From a virus, in the IMG/VR virus record IMGVR_UViG_3300033752_000161, positions 458-64,457 of that record: a stretch of DNA of 64,000 bases; one strand, 5' to 3'. A model generated the notes under the pieces. The model did no database searches. It was not told where the DNA came from and saw nothing but the letters and a program-made list of their open reading frames with translations. Position numbers and translations under genes: made by a program. Positions within the stretch are counted from its first letter, which is position 1. Every line of letters starts with the position of its first letter. Below, in pieces: positions 48,921 through 59,198 of the stretch.

Positions 48921-49056
48921 AGTTTGACGTAATGCCTAAACGTCAAATTTTAACCTAATTCTAATCGTTAGTCTAGCACGTAGTCGCCAACTCTGTGCTA
49001 TACTAACAGGTGAGGGTCGAATCAACGTCATGCCTAAACGCTGATTCGTTTCCCTC
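48921..49056. ncRNA. Candidate three-hairpin small RNA
   Basis: Hairpins at 48923-48947, 48967-49007 and 49012-49056; first and third share the loop ATGCCTAA. Confidence 0.45.
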
Positions 49057-49066
49057 GAAAGTAAGG

Positions 49067-49645
49067 CTACGCCAAAGCCTTGCTGCATTCCTTTTTGAAT
49101 CGTGTGACGTATCTTCTATATGATTCCGCTTTTCCACCGTACTGTTGCGCCAACAACGTAGCGATGGAGGAATCAATTAAATTTCCACGCGTCCACTGAT
49201 TCAAAATCATCACTTTTTTTGGATCGCCTCCCGCCAAGGGGGCGATTTTTTCTTTAAAAAGAAGATTTTCTTCAACAAGCGCCAACTTGTCGTCGATCTC
49301 TGGAAACACTTCATTCCCTTCGTCATCTCGTCGATAAAACTGGTAGTCGATCGCTACCCCGCGGCACTGCTTCTTGTACTTCTTCGTTTCCCTTTCTAAG
49401 TACCTTTTTATCGATCGGTCCACTATCGTCTCCAGCGACGACTTATCCGAGTTAAGCAATAGTACCGCAGTTTCAATTCTTTGGAAGCACCCTTCCTCGA
49501 AATTTGCGGTGTTCCGAAGTTTGTTACGGTTTCGCTCCGAGATTTCGTAAACAATGGATGAAAAATGCCACTTAATCATCCACATCGAATCTTGGCAGCC
49601 TGCTCTTGCCTTCTCGGCCAAACTATTCAATTTTTCTTTGTTCAA
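49067..49645 (-). CDS. Sigma-factor-like phage protein
   Basis: N-terminal LAEKARAGCQDSM (region 1.2/2-like) and a C-terminal helical DNA-binding segment; GGAGG RBS. Confidence 0.55.
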   Translation of the reverse strand: MNKEKLNSLAEKARAGCQDSMWMIKWHFSSIVYEISERNRNKLRNTANFEEGCFQRIETAVLLLNSDKSSLETIVDRSIKRYLERETKKYKKQCRGVAIDYQFYRRDDEGNEVFPEIDDKLALVEENLLFKEKIAPLAGGDPKKVMILNQWTRGNLIDSSIATLLAQQYGGKAESYRRYVTRFKKECSKALA

Positions 49646-49678
49646 TCTTCCTTTGCCTCCTTTTTGTTCCTTATACTA

Positions 49679-49714
49679 TATATAGGGCAACGTTTTTTCG
49701 AAATTGGGACATCG
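49679..49714 (-). promoter_or_regulatory. Phage promoter class B (TGTCCC-N16-TGCCCTATATA)
   Basis: 36-bp element repeated with one mismatch at 59659-59694. Confidence 0.7.
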
Positions 49715-49843
49715 TTTTTAAAAAGATTTTTATTGTGATACAATTTCCTTGAATCTTTTTCCAAACGTTGCCGTATGAATCAAATATAAAGTATGCCTTT
49801 ATGTTTGTAAAGGTTCTCCGGGATAAACGGGCGGAGGTGCTTC

Positions 49844-50044
49844 GTGATTAGTTTTAAGCCGTTATTCAAGACGCTGGTTGACTTGGACTTGAGCCTTACC
49901 GACCTTGAAAAGAAATGCGGCTTTTCCTCGGCAACGACCGCGAAATTAAAGAAAGGAGAATCCATGCGGCTCGATACGATTGAGCGCATTTGTATCGTTT
50001 TAAACGTTCCGATCGAGAAAGTCGTCGAAATCATCGCTGACTGA
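49844..50044 (+). CDS. XRE/Cro-like HTH regulator (YozG-like)
   Basis: ISFKPLFKTL...LDTIERICIVLNVPIEKVVE. Confidence 0.85.
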   Translation: MISFKPLFKTLVDLDLSLTDLEKKCGFSSATTAKLKKGESMRLDTIERICIVLNVPIEKVVEIIAD

Positions 50045-50067
50045 TTAATTATGTACGGAGGCTACCT

Positions 50068-50322
50068 ATGGCGAGATTGCGCGCCGGTAGCTGTCTCCTC
50101 GCAAAACGTCTAAGCGAAGCAGGCTTGACGCAGCAAGATTTAGCCGATCGCCTGGGCATGAATAAACGCCAGGTTTCCAACTATGCGACAGGTAAAATAA
50201 AAGAAATGTCGCTAACTACAGCCGTTATGATATCGGATATTATCGGGTGTAGTCCAAGGGACCTATATGAGTGGATCGAAGTGCCACGAGGGGATAAGCG
50301 CCGAAGAGGTAAAACTACGTGA
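50068..50322 (+). CDS. XRE HTH regulator
   Basis: LTQQDLADRLGMNKRQVSNY...CSPRDLYEW. Confidence 0.85.
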   Translation: MARLRAGSCLLAKRLSEAGLTQQDLADRLGMNKRQVSNYATGKIKEMSLTTAVMISDIIGCSPRDLYEWIEVPRGDKRRRGKTT

Positions 50323-50406
50323 ATAACGTGGGTTTACCGGCGCGATAGTCTAGTTCGAATTAGACTACGACTATCCATATCTCGCTGAACGCACATCTGT
50401 ACGCCG

Positions 50407-51498
50407 TCATAGCGTAATTTTACCCTTTGTCCCCTTTTTTGCCAACTGATAAAATCCTACACTATTCGACAATAAATGTAGTTCTAATCTCCTGCTTCGA
50501 CTGACGGCCCCTGCCACCTTTTCGCGCCCCTCGTTAACGTCCTTGTATCGACCGGGAACGGCCGCTATCCTCACGCTCATATACGGGGATAACTCCGCGA
50601 TAACCCTCCGCTGCCAATCGCGCCCCGCCCGATCATTATCGCGTATCACGATAATCTCCTCGATCGGGCTGCGGATAATCAAATCTCGTTTGGTCGCGGT
50701 AAACGCAGTCCCACCGGTGGCAATCGCCGGCATTCCCGCCGTCCACAACGTCATCGCGTCGATTTCGGCCTCAACGATGGCCGCCCGCTTGATTTTACGC
50801 TCATACACGAAATTTAGCGCATAGACCATCTCGCGTATCGGTCGCCCCCGCAATGGATTCTCGGTAATTATTCCGCATGAAGCGCAATTGTACACACGCC
50901 CCTTGCGAAGAATTTTATCGCTAAGGCACGCCGGGCATTTCGTTAGGTACCAAAACGTTTTTTCGTTGACCCTGCGGTACTTGACGTTGCCGAGCGATCC
51001 ATCCGCATTGAACCATGGGATCGTAACGGTATTGCTGCGCTGATCGTATCCGATTTGACATAGGCGTTGTACCTCCTCGCTAATGCCGCGCTCTCCGAGG
51101 TATGGGTGGCGGCGTTTATAAGCGTCTAAAAGCGTTGAGTCTAGCGGCTTATATCGTTCAGGTACCGTAAGCCTCATCGGACGCAAAACAGGCAAATCCG
51201 AAGGTTCTTCGCCGCCAGAATCGCCATATACAGCGGTGAGGTATTCTAGCGTTTCCTCTTGCGTTTCGTTGCGGAGGAAGGATAGAAGCTTAACGATTCC
51301 TCCCGAACGGTAATTCGGATCTGTTGCGCCTGAATCCGTCCATACGCCAGCAGGGAACCCGTTATACGGCTCCAAGCGGCACATAAATGACGGATGGCGA
51401 TCGTAGCGGAACGGGCTCGGAGCGATGATTTTGTCGCCGTGAAAATAAACGGGGTCAAAGTATGGCGCGAGCTCGGCGCGGATGTCTATATTAAGCGT
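50407..51498 (-). CDS. DNA primase (Toprim); predicted ACG start
   Basis: YLGERGI, IVEAEIDAMT, RDNDRAG and YKDVNE motifs; upstream frame IDIRAEL...SPFRYDRHPSF after AAAGGAGG-N8-ACG. Confidence 0.85.
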   Translation of the reverse strand, partial: TLNIDIRAELAPYFDPVYFHGDKIIAPSPFRYDRHPSFMCRLEPYNGFPAGVWTDSGATDPNYRSGGIVKLLSFLRNETQEETLEYLTAVYGDSGGEEPSDLPVLRPMRLTVPERYKPLDSTLLDAYKRRHPYLGERGISEEVQRLCQIGYDQRSNTVTIPWFNADGSLGNVKYRRVNEKTFWYLTKCPACLSDKILRKGRVYNCASCGIITENPLRGRPIREMVYALNFVYERKIKRAAIVEAEIDAMTLWTAGMPAIATGGTAFTATKRDLIIRSPIEEIIVIRDNDRAGRDWQRRVIAELSPYMSVRIAAVPGRYKDVNEGREKVAGAVSRSRRLELHLLSNSVGFYQLAKKGTKGKITL

Positions 51499-51500
51499 GG

Positions 51501-51962
51501 TTACCGCCTCCTTTTTGATAGACGTTTTAATGCGAGACGTTGAGCCGCCAGCATTTCCCTTACGATAAAAGCGATATCCTCTGCGCTCATATCGGGATGT
51601 TCGCGAGCGATCGCTGTTTCTATGATTCCTTCTAACGGTTCGTAAGAGGCCGCCGCGGTTTCTCTCATTGCAATCTCCGTTTGCTTCGGAATTAATTTAT
51701 CGAAGATAACAGGTAAGCTCAAGGCGATTTCTTCTTTTATCTCCTCGTTAATAATTCCGGCCAGGACAAACAGTTCATACCTGTCGACTTTTAGTGCGAA
51801 CGCTAGTTGATTAAGCGTATCTTCCGTAGGTTTTGACAGACCGCGCTCAATCTTACTTAATTGAGACGGACTAATACCAGCGGTTGCGGCTAACTCACGC
51901 ATAGAGAACCCCATTATTTTTCGACATTCTTTGATGAACTCGCCGAGTAAGTTGTCGCCCAT
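51501..51962 (-). CDS. XRE-family repressor
   Basis: LGEFIKECR...SMRELAATAGISPSQLSKIERG. Confidence 0.85.
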   Translation of the reverse strand: MGDNLLGEFIKECRKIMGFSMRELAATAGISPSQLSKIERGLSKPTEDTLNQLAFALKVDRYELFVLAGIINEEIKEEIALSLPVIFDKLIPKQTEIAMRETAAASYEPLEGIIETAIAREHPDMSAEDIAFIVREMLAAQRLALKRLSKRRR

Positions 51963-52142
51963 TGCTGAATCAACTCCATTGGTAATTGTTACATGTCCTA
52001 TATTATACCAATGTTTTCTACCAGTCAACAGAAAACTAATATAAGTGTTTCCTGCGAAGAAATATTTACTATATAACAATACTTATATAGTAACTATGAG
52101 CATAATTTTGTAAGATTTCACAAAAGCGACTGTAGCAATTAC

Positions 52143-53483
52143 CTAGAACAAGTTGGCAAACTGCGCCGCGACCGCCTCACCTTTCGGCAATTCCCGCAGC
52201 ACTCCGTAATCCATTAGTGCAATAAGGTCAACGGTAATCCCCTCGCCACCATTACGCCCCTTCTCGATTCCGATTCGACCGTTACCGTCCACGGCGTCAA
52301 ACGCAAACAGAATCGTTGCGATTTCGAGTACGGCCTTCGTGGTTTTCACTTGGTTGCGCTTGGGCAACTTGATTTCTCGCCGGCCGTCTTCGTCGGTATC
52401 GCTGCGCTCGGTACTCGCCTGGATTGCGAATATCCCGACGACATCGTTTGCACCGATAATCCGCTCGAAATACCGCGCGGCCTGTTCCGCTGCGCCTCCC
52501 GCCGTACGGTTCGAATTGCGCCCGTACACATCGTCAAGCCCGTAGAACGGATCGATGACCACCGCGTCAATATCCGGATTCTGCGCCAATTCCCGGTCGA
52601 GATCCGCGAGTGTCCGCGTTAATTCCGGCTCGCCCTTTGCCTGCAAAATCAGCGTACCCGGATAATATTGGTTGAGCGCGTCGACCATGGCGAGAAAGTA
52701 CGATTCGTATTCGGCGTCAACCTTGCCGGAAAGTATCGATTTATTCGGAATGCCCAGCGCTTGGTGCGTTTCTTCGTCGGTCAGCGCGCCCTCTCTCGCC
52801 GTGATAATCGATATGAGCCGCGCGAGCCATGGGTACGCCTTGACTTCATAGGACTTGACGAGTACCTTCGCGCCCTGACGCAGGAGCTCATCGACAAATA
52901 CCTCGATGAGATACGTTTTGCCGCGGCCGCTCTCCGCCATGACACCGTAAATGTCGCCAGAATAGAGCCCGCCGATTTCAGCGTTGAGCGTTTCGAATGG
53001 CGTGCGCCAGAGTTTGAACGACTTGCCGGCCTTGCGTTTTTCGTACTCGGCGCGGAAATCGTTGCGCAATTCGTCTAGCGTTTTGCCGGCGGTTTTCTTA
53101 ACCTGTGTACTCATTTTAATAGCAAACATATGTTCGGTCAATTGCGAAATAAACGATTCTGTGTCGAGCCGCTCGAAGTCTTTCGCTAATTCCCCGTTAA
53201 AATAATCCGCTAATCTTCTTTTTCCTGCGAAATCCTTAATTTTCCGCGCAAGGTACTCGAAGGAATCGGTGACGCCCGGAAGGTATTCGAACCGGCACTC
53301 GGCGGCGACCGTTACGTAAGATGGCGCGTTCCCGCCGTTCGCCTCTGCGTAAGCCTTGATGAACCGATAAGTCTCGCGTTCGCCCTCCGTTGGAAAGTGG
53401 TCCTCGTCGATCGCATAGCGCTTGAGCGCGCCGACATCGTTCTCGTCGATGATTTTCGAAAGAAATTGCGCCCCTGCGGACAT
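52143..53483 (-). CDS. DnaB-like replicative helicase
   Basis: AESGRGKT, VVIDP and IEKGRNG motifs. Confidence 0.85.
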   Translation of the reverse strand: MSAGAQFLSKIIDENDVGALKRYAIDEDHFPTEGERETYRFIKAYAEANGGNAPSYVTVAAECRFEYLPGVTDSFEYLARKIKDFAGKRRLADYFNGELAKDFERLDTESFISQLTEHMFAIKMSTQVKKTAGKTLDELRNDFRAEYEKRKAGKSFKLWRTPFETLNAEIGGLYSGDIYGVMAESGRGKTYLIEVFVDELLRQGAKVLVKSYEVKAYPWLARLISIITAREGALTDEETHQALGIPNKSILSGKVDAEYESYFLAMVDALNQYYPGTLILQAKGEPELTRTLADLDRELAQNPDIDAVVIDPFYGLDDVYGRNSNRTAGGAAEQAARYFERIIGANDVVGIFAIQASTERSDTDEDGRREIKLPKRNQVKTTKAVLEIATILFAFDAVDGNGRIGIEKGRNGGEGITVDLIALMDYGVLRELPKGEAVAAQFANLF

Positions 53484-53484
53484 A

Positions 53485-54291
53485 TTAGCGTTCACCCCCG
53501 TTAGTCTTTCGCATGCCACGCTTGCTCGTTCCGGTAAAGTTAAGCTCCACGCATTGGTCGCGAATCCGATCGGCCAGGCGCGCGTCGAACACGTCGGCCA
53601 TCTCCGCCATCGGCAAATTTGACGTATATACCGTTGGACGTCCGCTAGTCACGCGCTCATTGATTATCGCGTGTAAATCGCCGCGGAAGCCCTCGGACGC
53701 CTCGCGGAGACCAATATCGTCGAGGACAGCGAAGGGTGCGCTCTTGGCGGCTTCTTGCGCTTCGTAATAGCGGGCGGCGGCGGGCTGTGCGATTGAATCC
53801 GGGACCCGCGGCCGATTGAATTGGTTATACAACGATTGCCACTCGTTCACGTCGAGAAATACGGCCGGCCGATCAAACGGCTGCCTACCCCGCTTGAGCG
53901 ATCCGATATAGTTAACGATGAGCCATTCGTTAATTAGCGCTGCGGCCGTTGTTGTCTTTCCGGTGCCGGGCGATTCGCTATAAAGGTACAGCGATTTGAC
54001 CCGTTCGCCGCCATCGAACATTCGCGTGAACGTTGAGACGTATTCGCGTATAATTGCGTTGAGTTTGCGCTTGTCAGGGCCGACATAAACGTCGATATCC
54101 GCTTTGGCTACCGGCGACGTTGCCAGCGTCAGCAACCGGTAATCGGCGGGGACTCCTGCGCTGCCTACGCGTCCGCCTGTTCCGCTGAAACCGTGCATAG
54201 CGACATATGACGGGCAGCGAGCGTTGCATGAGTCACCGCTTGCTAACGTGCAGGGTCCGCGGAGTATGCATTTCGAAGCGTGGTTATTCAA
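53485..54291 (-). CDS. DnaC/IstB-like helicase loader ATPase
   Basis: PGTGKT, VLDDIG, YTSN and RLADRI motifs. Confidence 0.85.
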   Translation of the reverse strand: MNNHASKCILRGPCTLASGDSCNARCPSYVAMHGFSGTGGRVGSAGVPADYRLLTLATSPVAKADIDVYVGPDKRKLNAIIREYVSTFTRMFDGGERVKSLYLYSESPGTGKTTTAAALINEWLIVNYIGSLKRGRQPFDRPAVFLDVNEWQSLYNQFNRPRVPDSIAQPAAARYYEAQEAAKSAPFAVLDDIGLREASEGFRGDLHAIINERVTSGRPTVYTSNLPMAEMADVFDARLADRIRDQCVELNFTGTSKRGMRKTNGGER

Positions 54292-54518
54292 CGCTTGGAC
54301 AGCCTCCTTTTCGTCTTTCATATTAATACGAATTTTTATTGGGATAACGATTTTCTTCACACGGAAAACTGGTACTCCTTAGCAAACTCATAAACACGAT
54401 CATGGTCAATTAATTCGAGGACAGTATCCATTTTTCTGAAAGGAAACTTCCCTTGCTTATCTTCGTTGCCGATCAATTTACTTTTGTGTGTTTGCGATAT
54501 GTTTATTCCCGAATACAC

Positions 54519-54890
54519 TTACAAATCAGTGTAGAATGGTCGGAGTTTTTGCGAACACGGTCCACCAGGCATTTTGTCGTACAGCATGGCGATTATTTCG
54601 CTGCCTTTCTTTTCCTTGGCAAGTCCGCTTATCTCTTTGGCAACGGGAGACGGAGAAGAAAAGTGAGGTACGACATGAGTTGCGTCAACAGTTTTGGCGA
54701 GTCGCAATTCCGCGATTTGTTCAATCATATCGTCCAATTTCGAAATTAATGTTCCTACCAATGCCTCGTTTCGCTGAACGATTGCGGTCATACCGCGAAC
54801 TGTAGCGTGTAATGCTACATTCTCAGATTGCAAATCAGTCAAACGTTTCTCAACAACCGCCATCGAATTTCCTTTTCCCCATACGCTCAT
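54519..54890 (-). CDS. Hypothetical protein
   Basis: GGAGG RBS. Confidence 0.55.
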   Translation of the reverse strand: MSVWGKGNSMAVVEKRLTDLQSENVALHATVRGMTAIVQRNEALVGTLISKLDDMIEQIAELRLAKTVDATHVVPHFSSPSPVAKEISGLAKEKKGSEIIAMLYDKMPGGPCSQKLRPFYTDL

Positions 54891-54905
54891 TTAAATTCCT
54901 CCTTA

Positions 54906-55721
54906 TTATCTTATAATAAATTCAGCGTCAATAACGGATCTTCCCTTATCAACGCAATTGAAATCATCCGCCAAATCACGTAAAGCTTGCGTAGCCTCGT
55001 TATATTCGCTGCGAGTTATTTCGTCCAACGTGCTTATTACGTGTTGATATTGTATTAAGTAGGCGTGGCGCTTCGCGAGATCGCGTACGGCTTTCGAGAA
55101 CGACATTATCGACGTAGTTAATTCCTGCGAATTGGTTGCCGTATATCTGTCCGTATAGTTTTCGATATCGCCGAATTTTTCTTCGTATCGACGTAATCGT
55201 TCCTCTGCGGATGTATCGCGTACATACTCAACTTTCGGCGATTGTCCCTGCACGGATTCGAGAGTATCTCGTATAACTTCGTAGTCTGCTTCCGCCTTCT
55301 CCCGCGCCGCCCTTTCCGCCTGTAACGCCTTCTTTACTTCTCGTAATTCCCGCACGGTCATTTCATCGACCGTTTTCGTTTCGCCTGTTGACGGAACGGT
55401 GTGTGGCCGTTCGCGTTCTTCGGGTGGTAACGACGATATAAGATACAAAATGTCCACGCTTGCGATCGAATCGAAAGACGTCTTTCGATTTCCCAACCGG
55501 TCGAGTACGATTATGAAACGGTTTGCATACTGCGGGGTCATGTTGATATTCTCACGACACCACCGTTCCCAATGCCCGTGCGCCAAATCGTTTTCCTTAA
55601 CGTGCTTCAACCGCCGCCCAATCTCGAATATCGCTTCGCCAGCGACTCGTTTGTAGGCGTTGATTTCGGCGGTAATCACGTTGATATCCGTTGATAACGC
55701 TAATTCCGTTGCTACAGCCAC
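54906..55721 (-). CDS. DUF3102-domain protein
   Basis: AIFEIGRRLKHVKE...HGHWERW and MTVRELREVK motifs. Confidence 0.85.
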   Translation of the reverse strand: MAVATELALSTDINVITAEINAYKRVAGEAIFEIGRRLKHVKENDLAHGHWERWCRENINMTPQYANRFIIVLDRLGNRKTSFDSIASVDILYLISSLPPEERERPHTVPSTGETKTVDEMTVRELREVKKALQAERAAREKAEADYEVIRDTLESVQGQSPKVEYVRDTSAEERLRRYEEKFGDIENYTDRYTATNSQELTTSIMSFSKAVRDLAKRHAYLIQYQHVISTLDEITRSEYNEATQALRDLADDFNCVDKGRSVIDAEFIIR

Positions 55722-56110
55722 GCCATCACCTCATCGAAACCCGGCCCCGCCTTTTGCGCTTCCTCCCGTTTTTCCCGCTGCGCCTTTTCCGCCTGCAGCC
55801 GCGGTATAATCGCATTAATCCGGTAGGCCACGCAGAACCCCGCCGTCAATATCGGATACTCGCGCGTCGGCCGGTATGTCCGGAAACACTCATCGAATGC
55901 CTGGCGCAGAATTTCCGCGCCGTATTGATCGAGTGCCCGCTTGACTAGCGCCCGTTCAAACGCCCAATTCCGCATAGGTACGTATTGCTCGACGCCGAAT
56001 TGTTCGCGGTTCATATCGGCGAAATAAGCGAGGACCGTCGCCGTGTTCCATTGGTCCAGCGGGAGATTGCGCCAGTCTTTACGGTCAACCTTCGCTTTCT
56101 TCGCGGCCAT
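55712..56110 (-). CDS. Hypothetical protein
   Basis: RBS; DWRNLPLDQWNT. Confidence 0.65.
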   Translation of the reverse strand: MAAKKAKVDRKDWRNLPLDQWNTATVLAYFADMNREQFGVEQYVPMRNWAFERALVKRALDQYGAEILRQAFDECFRTYRPTREYPILTAGFCVAYRINAIIPRLQAEKAQREKREEAQKAGPGFDEVMAWL

Positions 56111-56606
56111 AAATGATTAGCACCCTCCTTAACGTTGAATATTCGTCTAACAAGTCAATCGGCCGGATATTCTTCGGTTCGTCTACGGTACCACTCAGCG
56201 CCTCCAATCGCTTTATAAGCGCCAAGCCAGCGGAGCGCAAACGCTCGTTTGCCGCCTTTAATTCCGCAATTTCCGCATCACGCTCCACAATCTCCAGCCA
56301 CGCCGCGCTAACCTCCGCCTCCAACGTATGGCAGCGGTCTTCTGCGTCCAAAGCGCGCCGTATTGCGATCGGCCAGCCGGTACGGGCAAAGCGGAAAAAT
56401 TCGTTATCAAGATTGGGATTTCCGATATCCCAACGCTCGCAAATCGCCAAGTCTGCGCTAAGATCACGTTTCATATCGGGATTCGCGTCGTAATATGCGT
56501 CTACGCCCGCCGCGATTTCTTGCGCGATTTCGGCGGCTTCCCTGCGCTGTAATTCTTCCGTAAGTTTGCGCTCTAATTCGCGTATTTGCGGTTCAAACAA
56601 TACCAT
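56085..56606 (-). CDS. Hypothetical protein (paralog-like to 57287-57733)
   Basis: RDLSADLAIC...ARTGWPIAIRRAL motif shared with the neighbour. Confidence 0.6.
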   Translation of the reverse strand: MVLFEPQIRELERKLTEELQRREAAEIAQEIAAGVDAYYDANPDMKRDLSADLAICERWDIGNPNLDNEFFRFARTGWPIAIRRALDAEDRCHTLEAEVSAAWLEIVERDAEIAELKAANERLRSAGLALIKRLEALSGTVDEPKNIRPIDLLDEYSTLRRVLIIYGREESEG

Positions 56607-56706
56607 TAGCATACCTCCGCAGTTTATTTCGTAATGATCGCAAGACCCAGTATAACGGCGGCAATAACGATCAAGAATACGGAACCCAAAATTGCTTCCG
56701 GCCAAT

Positions 56707-57303
56707 TCATTCCACCATCACCCCGATTTCACGCAGGATGTCGCGGGCGCGTTGGCCGCTATCCTTCTCAATTTCCGATAATCTAAATTCGCTTCCGTCA
56801 TAGTTTTCTTCACTCGCATACCACAACAATGCCTCGACCAGTTTTTCCCGGTCTTGTACTGCCTTCCATCGCGCATAATAGTGTTGTGCAAGTTCATTTG
56901 CTTCATCTGCGTTTCGTTTCAAAGCACTAATTTGTTCCCGGAGTTCACCGGCATATTCGGCATGACGATAAGACGACATTTCTTTTTCTTTTTCCAGTTT
57001 CCGTGCGTAGCCTTCTGCCTGTTCCGCGATCTGCCTTTCTCGCTCATAGAGTTTGTGCAACCGCTCAATCTCCGCTTTCAATTCCGAAATATAGCGGTAA
57101 GCCTCATTAGTGCTCAACGCCCCTTCCCTCACTTTGATTTGAAAACACTCGAAATCTTCGCACATATCTGCGGCACCCGTTTCGTGCCCGTGCAGAGCGC
57201 AGATTCCGTAGCCTGCGAAACCCTTACCGCTTCCCAACCCGTTATCGCGATAATGTTCGCAGAAATCGCAGACAGCAGCGCAGCCATCACCGCATAGTTT
57301 CAT
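56707..57303 (-). CDS. Hypothetical Cys-rich / coiled-coil protein
   Basis: RBS; coupled with neighbours. Confidence 0.55.
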   Translation of the reverse strand: MKLCGDGCAAVCDFCEHYRDNGLGSGKGFAGYGICALHGHETGAADMCEDFECFQIKVREGALSTNEAYRYISELKAEIERLHKLYERERQIAEQAEGYARKLEKEKEMSSYRHAEYAGELREQISALKRNADEANELAQHYYARWKAVQDREKLVEALLWYASEENYDGSEFRLSEIEKDSGQRARDILREIGVMVE

Positions 57304-57733
57304 TGGCGGCCCTCCCCTCAAAGATTTCACCCAACCGAAAAGCCAGCGCTACATCCTCAAGCGACTCAACGTAGTACGCACGCCGTATACTCTCAATCTC
57401 TTCTCTCAACCGCGCAACCTCCGCTTCTGCCGCCAGCGCCCGTCGTATAGCGTGAGGCCAACCGGTGCGCGCTTCAGCTATGAATCGTGCGTCCCATTCT
57501 CTACGCCATACGTCTACAACCGTTCCCACATGGCACTTTACGGTAATGTAATCGTCAGACTTCGAACCATCCAAACTCCACGGTCCCGCCGTAGCCGCCG
57601 CGCATATCGCAAGGTCAGCGTTGAGATCCCGAACAGGTTCGCACGGGACATCTCCGACATTCTGTCCGATTGGACATTTGTTTTCAGCGACAATTCCGCA
57701 CGTCAAGCAATGTTTTCCCTTTGATTTATCCAC
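57287..57733 (-). CDS. Ead/Ea22-like hypothetical protein
   Basis: AATAGPW...DARFIAEARTGWP motif. Confidence 0.6.
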   Translation of the reverse strand: MDKSKGKHCLTCGIVAENKCPIGQNVGDVPCEPVRDLNADLAICAAATAGPWSLDGSKSDDYITVKCHVGTVVDVWRREWDARFIAEARTGWPHAIRRALAAEAEVARLREEIESIRRAYYVESLEDVALAFRLGEIFEGRAANETMR

Positions 57734-58106
57734 GGGGTTCCTCTCCTTCCATAACAGCGAGTAAGGCGGCTTTGCAAATGGCTTCGGGGGCTGTTATCGC
57801 AAATGCGCTATATGGCGTTCCGAAGATTGCCTCATACTGCCTCTTATGAACAAGTCTCTTGTGATTTTTTAAGGTGAAATCCCATTGGTTCTCCTGCATC
57901 TTCTCCACCACTCCCCATGCTACGGAAATGTCGGTGGAATAGTAATCGACGATATATCCTTCCTGATCGGATACTGGATACTGGTCTGTAATTAAATCCT
58001 GTACCCACCTAACTTTATTTCCAAACACGTACTGCTCTACCAGCGCATCTAGCTCTCGCCCCGGCTGCATGGCCCGTATGCTTTCCCGATCCGGCTGTTT
58101 ATTCAT
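57726..58106 (-). CDS. Hypothetical phage protein (YSTDI..AW.VVEK family)
   Basis: PGRELDALV, YSTDISVAWGVVEK and APEAICKAALL motifs. Confidence 0.7.
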   Translation of the reverse strand: MNKQPDRESIRAMQPGRELDALVEQYVFGNKVRWVQDLITDQYPVSDQEGYIVDYYSTDISVAWGVVEKMQENQWDFTLKNHKRLVHKRQYEAIFGTPYSAFAITAPEAICKAALLAVMEGEEPRG

Positions 58107-58632
58107 ACTCTTCTCCCCTCGCTTCTTTTCCACATTCGGACATGGTTTCGATAAGCTTATCCAGCAATTCAGTTCGCTTGGTTCCCGGTGGCATGATGGC
58201 GCGAGCAGGTTCATGCGGAACCTCCAGCAGATCGGGATTCTCGTAGATGTTGCCGATGACTTCGAACCTGCATTTTCCGTCGTCCTCGACGTACTGCCAT
58301 AGTGGGAAACAGCAGTTCTTACTAAGAACTGATTTCGTGTGCTCGATTTTGGCCTTATATTGGGCACTTTCGTCGTCCCATTGAATCGAGTACGTCGCAT
58401 GCTCGCCTTGCGCTATGTCCCCCTCATAAATCTCTTTCCCGTTCCGATCTTTCAGGCCGATGTATTGACCTACAGTCTCCGGTCTTACTTGGTAAGCAAA
58501 CGGCATACCTACAATGTTAGAGATGTAGTGACCTTGCTTATAACCTTGTGCAACGTCTCTTGTCAAAACAGCAAGATTCCCGTAAAACCATCTGCCTTGT
58601 ATGTCCATTCCGCGAAACTTAATCTCTCTCAT
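58099..58632 (-). CDS. YopX-family protein
   Basis: MREIKFRG, TVGQYIGLKDRNGKEIYEGDI and EVIGNIYENPDLL motifs. Confidence 0.9.
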   Translation of the reverse strand: MREIKFRGMDIQGRWFYGNLAVLTRDVAQGYKQGHYISNIVGMPFAYQVRPETVGQYIGLKDRNGKEIYEGDIAQGEHATYSIQWDDESAQYKAKIEHTKSVLSKNCCFPLWQYVEDDGKCRFEVIGNIYENPDLLEVPHEPARAIMPPGTKRTELLDKLIETMSECGKEARGEEYE

Positions 58633-58730
58633 TCCGTTTTCCCTCCTCGTTTAACTTTACGTTGATTTCCCTTTGAATTAGCGCGATTTATCCCCGCAGG
58701 TATAAAACGTCTACCTTGCGCTGAAACCGG

Positions 58731-59051
58731 CTAATTCGCCGTCAAAATCGCCTCATACGAAGCCTTTAACTCCTCGCTTATCCTGCGCACCTCCGCCACG
58801 AACGCCGGCAGCGTCTTCTCGCCATCCTCGGCGGCCACTTTGCGGAATGCGACGCAATCGATGGCGGCGGCGAGCCCCTTCGTTGTTAGCGGGAAGAATC
58901 CGTTATCGCGCCACTCTTCGCGCACCACCGTGCCGTGCTTGGCGGGATCATAAGCGGGCGATTTCGTCGGATCGACGAGCACGCGGCGCTGCACGATGAT
59001 GTTGCGGTCATCCGATACCAAGCGGAAATCATTTGTAATACTAACGTTCAT
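58731..59051 (-). CDS. Hypothetical protein
   Basis: RBS; FRLVSDDRNIIV. Confidence 0.6.
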   Translation of the reverse strand: MNVSITNDFRLVSDDRNIIVQRRVLVDPTKSPAYDPAKHGTVVREEWRDNGFFPLTTKGLAAAIDCVAFRKVAAEDGEKTLPAFVAEVRRISEELKASYEAILTAN

Positions 59052-59198
59052 TAGCGTCCCCTCCTGGAATAAGCGTATATTAGCGTTAACTAACGTCAGT
59101 ATGCGTCATTAATACATTGTGACGCGGAGTCTTTTTATCTGCGGTAGATAACGCTTATTAAAACCATTGTCTCGACGACAATTTATTGGCGTCGAAAT

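Noticed and set aside
49026-49036. 11-nt identity (CGTCATGCCTA) between hairpin 3 and tRNA-Gln
   Set aside because: Too short and not shared in full by hairpin 1; treated as coincidence.
46598-49645. Nuclease-dead Cas12f partnered with the nearby sigma-like gene as an RNA-guided activator
   Set aside because: All three RuvC acidic residues are intact, and the sigma-like gene has its own promoter motif in the phage regulatory region. Adjacency alone is insufficient.
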